Shown here: piece by piece, positions 39,012 to 48,224 of the stretch
How the letters are laid out: each line of letters starts with the position of its first letter
Position numbering within the stretch: position 1 is the stretch's first letter
Source: an uncultured bacterium
GTDB taxonomy: Bacteria > Margulisbacteria > Termititenacia > CAZZFK01
DNA: 64,000 nucleotides
Direction of reading: 5' to 3'
NCBI GenBank assembly: GCA_964653455.1
Contig: CAZZFK010000001.1
Location: 158,179-222,178, forward strand
Translations under genes and position numbers: made by a program
Notes under the pieces: model-generated
What the model was told of the DNA's origin: nothing
The model's database searches: none
What the model saw: only the letters and a program-made list of their open reading frames with translations

Positions 39012-40766
39012 TCATTCAGTTTCTACTTGTGAATTAAAATTCTTTAGCATATTCTGAACCTGTTCCCAATTACTTTCCGACGCGGTATACCTTTTGTCAT
39101 GAACAATCAGTTCTTCACCATATAATTTCTCAAGTATATACGCAACAGACTTAGTAATAGACCAAGCCAAGACCTCATCAGGCTTTTCTCCCAAACAATA
39201 CTTTTTGACATCCTCTTTTGAAACATTAATTAATATTTTCCCGGTGTAGCTAAGATAGCGGTATTTTTCTTTATCCATTATACAACCCGGAAAATTCGCA
39301 TGCTTCAATGTATTATGAATTTTCCGAACATCGTGCGCATTAGCAAATACCTTTTCGTCCATTCCACTCCACAAGCAACTCTTTTTAAGGCTGTTCAACA
39401 ATAGAAAATATTCACACTCATCCATACTCTCCGTTTTCTTCTCTACCTCTATCTTATCCTTATCCACTATCATAAAACTGTCCTTACCGGAGCTAACCAA
39501 AAGCGATCGATATTTTTTGCGAACAGCCTGCTCGGCCAAGGAACACCCCAGGCTACAAGCAGACTCATATTTCCCAATAAAATAACAAAAATACATTTCA
39601 TCTAACAATTTCCCCAGACGGGGATCTCCAATACTATTATCCGAATCGTCCTTTAATTCATACCTATTCCCATACTTTTCTAATCTCAGAAGACATTCTT
39701 GCTGCTTCTGCTCAGTAAAGAAATGCTGAGATAATTCAGATTCAACTTTGCTCTTTTGATCAAATTGAAGTTCTCTAATTTTTCTAGTATCAGCCAAAGC
39801 TTTTTCTATCTCGCCTCTTTCCCGATACAACTCAGCTCTAGCTTCTATAGCTGCTATAAAATTACCGTTAATCGCTATTGCTTTATTAAAGGCATCAAGC
39901 GCATCCTCAATATTACCAAAACTCTGGTCCTCTAGCCCGATGAAATAATAAGCATATTCATTATCTGGATTGAGCTCCAGAGCTTTCTCATAAGATGGAA
40001 ATCCATGACATTGGCTAGTATCGGAGCAGAAGAATACTATCGCATTCGACAATTCATTCTTATATTCAGGGCAGAGATCAGCCAAATTGTCTATCTGCAG
40101 CTCAAACTCCTCAAATAAAGCACTTATATCGACTGCAAGGTCTATCCAATCAAAAGCATCCATCATCGGAGTTTTAAGCACCTCAATATAATCATCAAGA
40201 GCTTCTTTATGCTTAGCTTGCTTCATCCTTGCATGGCCACGAAAGAAACATATATGACACCTAGGCGATGAATAACCAACCACTTTTAACTCTGAACGCT
40301 CTCTTTTATCCATATAGACAGAACAAGCTTTCTCCAATGCCGGATAGTCTTCCAATGCGAAATTAATCTGACACACGCGCCAATATACTTTCTCATCGAT
40401 ATCATTGCGACCACTCTCAAGAACCTTTTTATAGTCTTTAAGTGCATTTTCATAATCGGCGTTGTTAAAATACAAATCACCTCTATCATTATGAATAATA
40501 TCCTCATAACATCGCTTCAACCCATTTACCTCTGCAGGAAAGCGCTCAACAATATCCAATGCTTTTTTATAATCCTCAAACATTTGCTGAACTGCATCAG
40601 GATGATTTAACTTCTCTGTCGCCCATGCTCGCCACATATACGCTTGCGGAAGATAGATAGAGGTATCATTATTAGCAGTTTTTATTATTTCACTTAATAA
40701 ATCAAAGGCTTCTTGATATTTACCCTTATCATATAATTCAATACCAGCATTAATTTTTTCTTTCAT
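39012..40766 (-). CDS. TPR-repeat protein with uncharacterised C-terminal domain
   Basis: Repeated 34-residue units with the W/LG/Y/A/F/AP TPR pattern (KGKYQEAFDLL, YENALKDYKKVLE, ALDAFNKAIAINGNF); last ~230 aa have no recognised motif; AT-rich gene. Confidence 0.7.
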   Translation of the reverse strand: MKEKINAGIELYDKGKYQEAFDLLSEIIKTANNDTSIYLPQAYMWRAWATEKLNHPDAVQQMFEDYKKALDIVERFPAEVNGLKRCYEDIIHNDRGDLYFNNADYENALKDYKKVLESGRNDIDEKVYWRVCQINFALEDYPALEKACSVYMDKRERSELKVVGYSSPRCHICFFRGHARMKQAKHKEALDDYIEVLKTPMMDAFDWIDLAVDISALFEEFELQIDNLADLCPEYKNELSNAIVFFCSDTSQCHGFPSYEKALELNPDNEYAYYFIGLEDQSFGNIEDALDAFNKAIAINGNFIAAIEARAELYRERGEIEKALADTRKIRELQFDQKSKVESELSQHFFTEQKQQECLLRLEKYGNRYELKDDSDNSIGDPRLGKLLDEMYFCYFIGKYESACSLGCSLAEQAVRKKYRSLLVSSGKDSFMIVDKDKIEVEKKTESMDECEYFLLLNSLKKSCLWSGMDEKVFANAHDVRKIHNTLKHANFPGCIMDKEKYRYLSYTGKILINVSKEDVKKYCLGEKPDEVLAWSITKSVAYILEKLYGEELIVHDKRYTASESNWEQVQNMLKNFNSQVETE

Positions 40767-40809
40767 TATAGAAACCCCTTTTACCTTGTACCTTTCTTAA
40801 AATAACACA

Positions 40810-42237
40810 TCAAGAATTATCTTCATCCTGCCCTTTCTCGCCATATGCATCATAAAAATACCTGAACGCCACCTTCGCATTTGTAGTATCTTTATGATAT
40901 CTATTTGCCATTCTTTGCTTTAATACCTGCAGAATCGTACCGCAGCCCGGCTGATACTTCGACTTGCCGGAAAGCAACTTAATGACCTCTTCCGCGAGAG
41001 CGCTCCTGAGCTCCGTATTCATTTCTTTGCCAGCCCTATTCCCCTCCATCTGCTCTATCACATGATTGATCGTTTTCTCGGGATCCTTTTCATACTCATA
41101 AAAATACTTTTCCGCCTCAACTTCATTACTCCTGATGCTTGTCAGCTGTGCTTCATAATTATCTTTCATCTTGCTCACAACACTAAAGATCCGCTCCGTA
41201 AGCTCCCGGGGAGCATAGGCCGTTACATCCCCGCCCCAACCCAATATCCATTTTTCTAATGCATATTTATCCGCCAAAGTATCCCATTCAAAATCATTAA
41301 AAAAGAACTTTGCTTTTATATTGGAAGGGAGCATCGCAGCTTCTTGTATGACATTCCTGAAAAGTTCTTTTTTCCATATCCCTTTCGAATAAATGGCACT
41401 ATTGGCAAAGGTCTTCATTTCATACAGGTAGGGGGCGATCTTCGGGGATATCCGCACCTCCACAGATCTGCTGCTTTTCCTTTTTTGGGCATTTAAAAAC
41501 CTCTTTAATTCCTTACTCCTTGGTTTAAATTTCTTGTGCAGCTGCCGCATGCTCTTTATTCTGGCCAAAGCTAAAAGAACAAAGCCAGTCCGTGTTTTAT
41601 CCAGGCAATACGCCAATACATACCAGCGATAGTTGTTATACACAAAAACGTATGGCTCGATGACTTTTTCTTCCGCAACGAACTTATTATCCTGGAGTTT
41701 CGTGTACGTATAATATTCAATTTTCAGTGAAGTCTTCGCTTCGATCGCCGCATCAATACGTTCAAATACGTCCGAAAATGCAAAATCACAATAAGGAATA
41801 TGCCCGATAAAATATCTGGCCATAGTCTTCTTTGTATCGAGCTTGTGCTGCCCCATATTCGCCTTAATGATCTTTGCGACGGCAGACTTAAAATGGGTCT
41901 TGAGAGGCGTGCCTTCAAAAGAAGGCAGGAATCTTTCTGCTACAAGTAAAGCTTCTGCTTCCTTAGGAGATAGCGAAAAAGCACCCTTTGCTAAACGAAC
42001 AGGGTTAGTGAAGTAATACGTAGATTTCCCTTCTTTTTCAACCCTGACCATATCTTCTTCCATGAGCTTTTTCAGATTACGGTCTAATGTTCGTTGGGGA
42101 ATATGAAGATTATTCAGCAAATATTGTCGTGATAGTTTGTTCTTGATCAAAAGATCTTTATCTTTATCTAAATACTCTCGCGTTGTCAGCTCAATATAAT
42201 CTGTAAGGTATTTAATAGCTTTCACTTGCTTGCGCAT
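40810..42237 (-). CDS. WYL-domain transcriptional regulator with N-terminal HTH
   Basis: N-terminal winged-helix segment and a central WYL domain (EPYVFVYNNYRWYVLAYCLDKTRTGFVLLALARIKSM); about 230-aa C-terminal extension; AT-rich gene. Confidence 0.7.
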   Translation of the reverse strand: MRKQVKAIKYLTDYIELTTREYLDKDKDLLIKNKLSRQYLLNNLHIPQRTLDRNLKKLMEEDMVRVEKEGKSTYYFTNPVRLAKGAFSLSPKEAEALLVAERFLPSFEGTPLKTHFKSAVAKIIKANMGQHKLDTKKTMARYFIGHIPYCDFAFSDVFERIDAAIEAKTSLKIEYYTYTKLQDNKFVAEEKVIEPYVFVYNNYRWYVLAYCLDKTRTGFVLLALARIKSMRQLHKKFKPRSKELKRFLNAQKRKSSRSVEVRISPKIAPYLYEMKTFANSAIYSKGIWKKELFRNVIQEAAMLPSNIKAKFFFNDFEWDTLADKYALEKWILGWGGDVTAYAPRELTERIFSVVSKMKDNYEAQLTSIRSNEVEAEKYFYEYEKDPEKTINHVIEQMEGNRAGKEMNTELRSALAEEVIKLLSGKSKYQPGCGTILQVLKQRMANRYHKDTTNAKVAFRYFYDAYGEKGQDEDNS

Positions 42238-42454
42238 ATGTTATTTTGACATAGAAGCAATATGATTGCCATATTTTGGCAATAATATATTTGGGTATTA
42301 AAATGCCTGTATTTATTGCTTAAAAAATACCTCCATTACCCCCTGAATAGATATCATTTTTTACTGCCACGCCCAGCAAAACAGGCGCCAGACACCAACT
42401 TGAACAGAAGCATGATAAAATCAGGTCAGGATAGCGTACCGAGGGAGAAAGAGC

Positions 42455-45034
42455 ATGCCCGCATTCGATAAAGCAGCGTCAGGGCTCAAAGGGCTGGACG
42501 AACTCGTCCAGCATATCCGCATCGGCGATAATGTCGTCTGGCAGATAGATACACTGCAGGACTACAAGAAGTTCGTCGCGCCCTTTGTCCGTGAGGCCCT
42601 CGCCAAGAAGATCAAGATCATCTATATCCGTTTCGCGGACCACCCGCCGCTCCTCACCAAGCATAAAGGTCTGAAGATCTTCGACCTGCGCTGCCACAAG
42701 AGCTTTGAAGCGTTCACCGTGAAGGTCCATCAGATCATCAACAAAGAAGGCCGCGAGGTCTTCTACGTGTTCGATTGTCTTTCCGCGCTATTGAAGGCCT
42801 GGGCGACGGACCTGATGATAGGTAATTTTTTCATGGTCACCTGTCCGCTCCTCTTTGAACTGGATACTATCGCCTACTTCGGCATATACCGGCAGAACCA
42901 TTCGGCCAAGACCATCGCCCGTATCAGGGATACTACCCAGCTCCTGTTCGACATCTACTCGCTGAACAAGGACCTGTACATACACCCGCTAAAGGTCTGG
43001 AGAAGATATTCCTCCACGATGTTCTTGCCGCATCTGGTGCAGGGTGAAGATTTCAAGCCGGTCACCGACAGCGGGAGGGCTACCAGGATCCTTTCACATA
43101 TCTACCGTCAGGGGAACCGCCCCACCCGGGCCAAAGTTGATTTCTGGGATAAACTGCTCACAGAAGCCGAGAAACTGGCCCGCCCCAAAGCAGCCCCCCA
43201 GAGCAAAACAAAAATGTTCAAAAGACTGTGCGAATTGATGCTGGGGCGGGAGACCAAGATACTGAAACTGATCCAGGCACATCTCACACTGGAGGACCTA
43301 GTGGAGGTCATGCATCGGCTCGTCGGCTCAGGTTATATCGGAGGGAAGGCCGTCGGCATGCTGGTCTCCCGCAAGATCCTGATGAACGACAAAAGCTTCG
43401 CCTGGGGCGACCTTCTGGAAGACCACGATTCTTTCTATATCGGCTCGGACGTGTTCTACACCTATATCGTACAGAACGGCCTCTGGAAATCCTGGCTGAA
43501 GCACAAGAGCAACACATCCGACCTTACTATCGCACATGAACTGAAGGAAAAAATGCTGCATGGACAGTTCCCGGAAGAGATCATGGAGAAGTTCCAGGAC
43601 CTCGTCGACTATTTCGGTCAGGCGCCGATCATCCTCCGCTCAAGCAGCCTTTTGGAGGATAGCTACGGCAATGCTTTCGCCGGGAAGTACGAGAGCATCT
43701 TCATCGTCAATCAAGGCACGCCTGAGGGACGTCTCCTGGTTTTCACGGAAAGCATCAGAAAGATCTTCGCCAGCACCATGAACGACGATGCCCTGGCCTA
43801 TCGTCTGCAGCGCGGTCTGGCGGACAAGGAAGAACAGATGGCGTTGCTCGTGCAGCGCGTCTCGGGAGCGCACAAACAGAAATATTTCTTCCCGGACCTC
43901 GCGGGAGTTGGGCTCTCCTATAATACGTTCCTGTGGCAGGAAGGTATGGACCCTCAGGCCGGGATGCTGCGTCTCGTACTGGGACTGGGGACCCGCGCGG
44001 TCAACCGCGTCGAGGATGATTACCCGCGGCTCGTGGCGCTCGACCAACCGCTGCTCAAGCCGCATGCCAGCAAGGACGATACCCGCAAGTACTCGCAGCA
44101 TAACGTGGACCTATTGAACAAGAAACATAACACCTTGCAGACCCTGCCGCTGGACGAACTGGTGGAGGAAAAGACGGACCTGAAGCTGGAAAGGCTCGCT
44201 GAAAAAGACCATGAAATGATCGCCTACCGGCAGCAATACGCTTCGGACAGAAAAGACCTCTGGCTGGTGACCTTCGACGAGTTCCTGTCGACCACATCCT
44301 TCGCCCCGAACATGCAGCGTATGCTCAAAACCATCGAGAAGGCCTATCAATTCCCCGTGGACATAGAGTTCACCGGGAACTTCACCGAAGAAGGCGAACT
44401 GAAGATCAACTTGGTGCAATGCCGCCCGTTCCATGCGACGGCGCTCGGCAGCCGTGTGGCGTTGCCTGAACACATGGATGACGAACGAACGTTCTTCCGT
44501 TCTGTCGGCTTCTTTATCGGCGGGAACATCGACGAGACGCTCTCGCAGGTCATATACATCGATCCGGAAGCCTACAGCCGGCTGAAAGAACAGGAGAAAT
44601 ACGATATCGCCCGGGTGATCGGACGCCTCAATCGCGAAAAGGCAGCAGGGCCAGACCAACGCACCATACTGATCGGACCGGGACGCTGGGGGGCCAGCAT
44701 GCCGGCCATGGGAGTGCCGGTGAGCTTTTCCGAGATAAATAATTTCAAGGCCATCGTTGAAACTTCGTACCCCTTAGGACACCTACAGCCGGAACTTTCA
44801 CTCGGCTCGCATTTTTTCCAGGACTTGATCGAGATGGATATCTGTTATGTGGCGCTCTTCCTGGAAAAAGAGAACGTGTCATTGCGCTCCGAGCTTTTGA
44901 ACTCCCTGCCCAACCTGTTGACCGAATTCCTTCCGGAATATGCCAAGTACAGCGATGTCATAAAGGTCTGCGCAATGAACGTACGTCTTATCTCGGACAT
45001 CATCACACAAAAGATAGTCTGTTTTTCAGAATGA
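42455..45034 (+). CDS. PEP-utilising-enzyme N-terminal (PPDK_N, ATP-grasp-like) domain protein
   Basis: GSGYIGGKAVGMLVS and ILRSSSLLEDSYGNAFAGKYESIF match the PPDK_N nucleotide-binding motifs (GGK...; RSS..ED...FAG); no phospho-His swivel motif seen; 859 aa. Confidence 0.65.
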   Translation: MPAFDKAASGLKGLDELVQHIRIGDNVVWQIDTLQDYKKFVAPFVREALAKKIKIIYIRFADHPPLLTKHKGLKIFDLRCHKSFEAFTVKVHQIINKEGREVFYVFDCLSALLKAWATDLMIGNFFMVTCPLLFELDTIAYFGIYRQNHSAKTIARIRDTTQLLFDIYSLNKDLYIHPLKVWRRYSSTMFLPHLVQGEDFKPVTDSGRATRILSHIYRQGNRPTRAKVDFWDKLLTEAEKLARPKAAPQSKTKMFKRLCELMLGRETKILKLIQAHLTLEDLVEVMHRLVGSGYIGGKAVGMLVSRKILMNDKSFAWGDLLEDHDSFYIGSDVFYTYIVQNGLWKSWLKHKSNTSDLTIAHELKEKMLHGQFPEEIMEKFQDLVDYFGQAPIILRSSSLLEDSYGNAFAGKYESIFIVNQGTPEGRLLVFTESIRKIFASTMNDDALAYRLQRGLADKEEQMALLVQRVSGAHKQKYFFPDLAGVGLSYNTFLWQEGMDPQAGMLRLVLGLGTRAVNRVEDDYPRLVALDQPLLKPHASKDDTRKYSQHNVDLLNKKHNTLQTLPLDELVEEKTDLKLERLAEKDHEMIAYRQQYASDRKDLWLVTFDEFLSTTSFAPNMQRMLKTIEKAYQFPVDIEFTGNFTEEGELKINLVQCRPFHATALGSRVALPEHMDDERTFFRSVGFFIGGNIDETLSQVIYIDPEAYSRLKEQEKYDIARVIGRLNREKAAGPDQRTILIGPGRWGASMPAMGVPVSFSEINNFKAIVETSYPLGHLQPELSLGSHFFQDLIEMDICYVALFLEKENVSLRSELLNSLPNLLTEFLPEYAKYSDVIKVCAMNVRLISDIITQKIVCFSE

Positions 45035-45155
45035 CCGCACAATGAAAAAAAGATTAAGACGCTCCGACAGTACGTAAGGTGTCCTATCACCGAACAATAG
45101 TCTTTACCCGTTCCACTCTGCAATCATCGCATATTCCCTCCGATATCCACCCAGC

Positions 45156-46136
45156 ATGCTCAACAAACTGATCAGTCTCGATGATACCTGCCCGAACCTC
45201 CATCTGGTCATGGATGACCTATTGCACACGGTCTCCTGCATCATGCTCAGCCCCTTTCAACTCAGTACAAACAAATATGACGGATCCGCCGTAACGGACG
45301 CAGATGTAAAGATACAGCACCTATACAACAAAACACTGCCGACGCTCCTTCATGACTCAACGGTCCTGGGTGAGGAATCCTTCGCGGAAAGATTGAACTA
45401 TCTTTCAAAACATTGGGGCATATCCAGACATGAAGCCTCCGGACAGATAAAAAGTGAGTACCGCGCCCTTTTCAATACGTTCCGCTATATCTGGATCACA
45501 GACCCGATAGACGGCACAGATAATTTCAGCAAAGGCAAACCGGGCTACTGTACGTCCTTCATCCTGCTAGATAACGGTTACCCGGAATACGCCATGGTCT
45601 ATTCACCCGACCATATTGCCGCTTCATATGCAAGGACCTTCCGCCTAGAAGCGCATAATAAGGTCATATTCAACGGCAAAATACTGATACATACACCTCG
45701 GCCGGAAAAAAAATTATCCGATGCCATCATCAGCATATACCGTTCCTCCGTCATCGACAAAGACCCGGTCTATACGGCACTGGAAGACGTTTGTTGTCAT
45801 GTCCGTTATCATGAACTGGGCGTCTCCGGACAGCTCAAAGGACTGGAGATCATCCCGGAACTCACGAACGACCTGTTGGCTCCCGATATCTACATAAAAC
45901 CGCCGTCACCTGTCGAGGATGTACTGCCTATGGCCTTCATCGTTCAAACATACGGATATAAAGCTACCTATCTCGATGGCAGCGATATATTCCCCTTTAT
46001 GCCGGATAGGATCATGATCGACCCGAACGGAAAACAACGCCTGCCAGGTATCGTCATGGCACCGGAAGGTCTGCACACACAGCTCATGACCGCTATCCAT
46101 GCGTTCAGAGCCGCAAAGAGATCTCCCGGACATTAA
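45156..46136 (+). CDS. inositol monophosphatase-family phosphatase (SuhB/CysQ-like)
   Basis: WITDPIDGTDNFSKG is the IMPase-family metal-binding motif (W(I/V)DP(I/L)DGT..F); 326 aa. Confidence 0.7.
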   Translation: MLNKLISLDDTCPNLHLVMDDLLHTVSCIMLSPFQLSTNKYDGSAVTDADVKIQHLYNKTLPTLLHDSTVLGEESFAERLNYLSKHWGISRHEASGQIKSEYRALFNTFRYIWITDPIDGTDNFSKGKPGYCTSFILLDNGYPEYAMVYSPDHIAASYARTFRLEAHNKVIFNGKILIHTPRPEKKLSDAIISIYRSSVIDKDPVYTALEDVCCHVRYHELGVSGQLKGLEIIPELTNDLLAPDIYIKPPSPVEDVLPMAFIVQTYGYKATYLDGSDIFPFMPDRIMIDPNGKQRLPGIVMAPEGLHTQLMTAIHAFRAAKRSPGH

Positions 46137-46207
46137 TGAAATCCGCATATCACAGCCTACGATATCTTCAGGTACATAGTGCTTACACACCTTAAGAGGA
46201 GTCCTCT

Positions 46208-46786
46208 ATGAACAGTAAAGTCATCGCGGCAAAAAATAACATGCTGGTCCGCCTCAGCCAAAAATTCAGCGGACTTTTCACCCCCAATATCAGCAAAAAA
46301 GACCTCTTTACCGTTTTCCAAAAAATGTTCCTTCAAATACTAGAAGAGTATCCATTCACGTCCGCTTATGACCGGGAATACATCCTGAAACATATGAACG
46401 TCGATATCAAGGAGATCTCCAGTTTTGGCATCTATAAAACCACGACCATAGTAGTGATAAGACAGGAACTCGCCATGGCTGTAGCCCGAGGTGAATGGAA
46501 TTACGGCGGAGATCCGTATATTATCACCAAAGTGATGATCTCTGACGGGGAAGCCGATATATTCAGGCAGCATAAGGAGGTCATCCCGAAACCTTTTGAC
46601 CATGATCACTCCATACCGCCAGATGAACGCTCATTGCTCGACAGATACACGTCTACCGCGTTCGACCTCTCAAGAGAACATACCGTACATATGCTGAAAC
46701 GGATCATTCAGCCCATCATATTCGAGAATATCATGGTCATTCTCATGAACCTGAAGATAAACAATAATGATGCGGAGATGGATTGA
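46208..46786 (+). CDS. hypothetical protein (192 aa)
   Basis: ORF with AAGAGGAG upstream of the ATG; no motif recognised. Confidence 0.5.
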   Translation: MNSKVIAAKNNMLVRLSQKFSGLFTPNISKKDLFTVFQKMFLQILEEYPFTSAYDREYILKHMNVDIKEISSFGIYKTTTIVVIRQELAMAVARGEWNYGGDPYIITKVMISDGEADIFRQHKEVIPKPFDHDHSIPPDERSLLDRYTSTAFDLSREHTVHMLKRIIQPIIFENIMVILMNLKINNNDAEMD

Positions 46787-46816
46787 ACCGTCACCAAAGA
46801 ACATCACCATCAAACG

Positions 46817-47209
46817 CTAGTGTTCTCTCCATACATAGTTCGATGTGATGCTCACACCTTCGATCACGACAGTTTTCATGAGCTTCATCTTTTCTCTGTT
46901 CGGGATATAACTGTTCACGGTGACGATCTTATGCAGGAACCCGCTCACGTTCGCGGTAATGATATAGGTGCCCTCGCCCAGGTAATATTCATTGTCGCAG
47001 TTCGCATAGAGCGCTTCCGGGTCTGCGGCCACTGACTGCGCCCGACTGAGACCTGTCTCCGCAAGGGCCAATAACTGAAGTTCGTTCTCATAACGCAGAA
47101 CATCTACCGTGCGCGAAGCCGATAAGGTCACACGCAATATACCCAGTGATGAAAGGACGAACACGACTATCAGAACAGTTAAAAGGATGAATCCTTTTTG
47201 ATCCTTCAT
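46817..47209 (-). CDS. GspK/PilX-like minor pseudopilin
   Basis: N-terminal MKDQKGFILLTVLIVVFVLSSL (Gly-Phe then hydrophobic helix, no Glu+5, as in GspK-type pseudopilins); GAGGAG 6 nt upstream of ATG 47209, ATGA overlap with the upstream gene stop. Confidence 0.55.
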   Translation of the reverse strand: MKDQKGFILLTVLIVVFVLSSLGILRVTLSASRTVDVLRYENELQLLALAETGLSRAQSVAADPEALYANCDNEYYLGEGTYIITANVSGFLHKIVTVNSYIPNREKMKLMKTVVIEGVSITSNYVWREH

Positions 47210-47781
47210 AGGATGCTCCTCGGATAGACCTGCGTATTGAGCGTCAGTGTATATTCCCGCACACATGCACCAACGGAAAAAGATATCCCAGCTCCGGAAG
47301 CTCTGAACATCGTCACCGGCGGCGGCAGAAGGTCTTTGGCGATAACGGTCCCTGTGCCGTAATTCCCCTGTGTCACATTAGGTGATGCCAGCAGCTTCAA
47401 TTGCACGGTCTGGGTCGGGCTATACGATCCGTACTGATAGAACTGGAAACTGGACGCCGGTACATACATATAAAAGATATGCCCTGTATCGTTCTTCAGG
47501 TACGATAACGTTGCTCCGCTCCCTCCTACCGTTACAGAACCGCTACGGGCGGCGCGGACCTCACGCGAGACCGACTGCACGGCCCTACGCGCCTCATCTT
47601 CCACTCTTCCCTGCACCAACCCGATATCCCAGGACCGGTAGGCCATCATGTACACATAAAATATCAGCTCAAAGATAAAAAGAGATATCGAAAGCGCAAT
47701 GATCAGTTCCATAAGCGTCACCCCGCGGCGGCCGTCCGCTCGTCCCCCTGATATCAAATCCTTCAGCCGGGTGATGGTCAT
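47206..47781 (-). CDS. pseudopilin with prepilin-type N-terminal domain
   Basis: GVTLMELIIALSISLFIF is the prepilin cleavage/methylation motif (G-(F/V)TL.E + helix); start set at ATG 47781 (GAGGGAG upstream, ATGA overlap) rather than 47835. Confidence 0.6.
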   Translation of the reverse strand: MTITRLKDLISGGRADGRRGVTLMELIIALSISLFIFELIFYVYMMAYRSWDIGLVQGRVEDEARRAVQSVSREVRAARSGSVTVGGSGATLSYLKNDTGHIFYMYVPASSFQFYQYGSYSPTQTVQLKLLASPNVTQGNYGTGTVIAKDLLPPPVTMFRASGAGISFSVGACVREYTLTLNTQVYPRSIL

Positions 47782-48224
47782 AGAAAGAACTCCCTCACGA
47801 TAGTAACGGAACCCTTGCTGTCCCGCTCTATCCACTGCACATTCACCGTTACACGTTCGGAGATAGTGCCCGACTCAACTTCGATCTCCGGGAGGAATGA
47901 GGAGCGCGGCGGAGAGCTCTGCGCGACCTGTTCCATTAATTGCTCGGCACGGACCGCGGCTTTAAGCTGTGCCCGGGCATCATTTGAAGAACGAATATCT
48001 ACATTGAACACCTCAAGGATGGCGACCAGAGAGAACGCCACCACGAACACTGAAATAATGACCTCAATAAGGGTAAAGCCGTCACGGCCAGCCCTGAACG
48101 TGCTGGGTAGCTGGACTTCACTGGGTTCAATGCTTTTGACAGCTGCTTCAGGAGCCCCCCTGAACGCGCTGATTTGCCGGCTCTTACTGGTTTTAATGCT
48201 TTTGACAGCTGCTTCAGGGGTCAT
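47778..48224 (-). CDS. pseudopilin with unusually long leader containing a tandem duplication
   Basis: GFTLIEVIISVFVVAF prepilin motif preceded by a 50-aa leader with the repeat PEAAVKSI(K/E)(T/P)S twice; AGGAGG 5 nt upstream of ATG 48224. Confidence 0.6.
   Translation of the reverse strand: MTPEAAVKSIKTSKSRQISAFRGAPEAAVKSIEPSEVQLPSTFRAGRDGFTLIEVIISVFVVAFSLVAILEVFNVDIRSSNDARAQLKAAVRAEQLMEQVAQSSPPRSSFLPEIEVESGTISERVTVNVQWIERDSKGSVTIVREFFL
48121..48218. repeat. two copies of a 32-bp direct repeat, 66 bp apart
   Basis: CTGGGTTCAATGCTTTTGACAGCTGCTTCAGG (48121-48152) and CTGGTTTTAATGCTTTTGACAGCTGCTTCAGG (48187-48218); within the pseudopilin leader coding region. Confidence 0.8.

Noticed and set aside
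43640-44659. Minus-strand ORFs of 153 and 182 aa
   Set aside because: Antisense within the PPDK_N-domain gene; shadow ORFs
48121-48218. Possible CRISPR array
   Set aside because: Only two repeat copies, 32 bp with a 34-bp gap between them, inside a pseudopilin coding region; no further repeats and no cas genes
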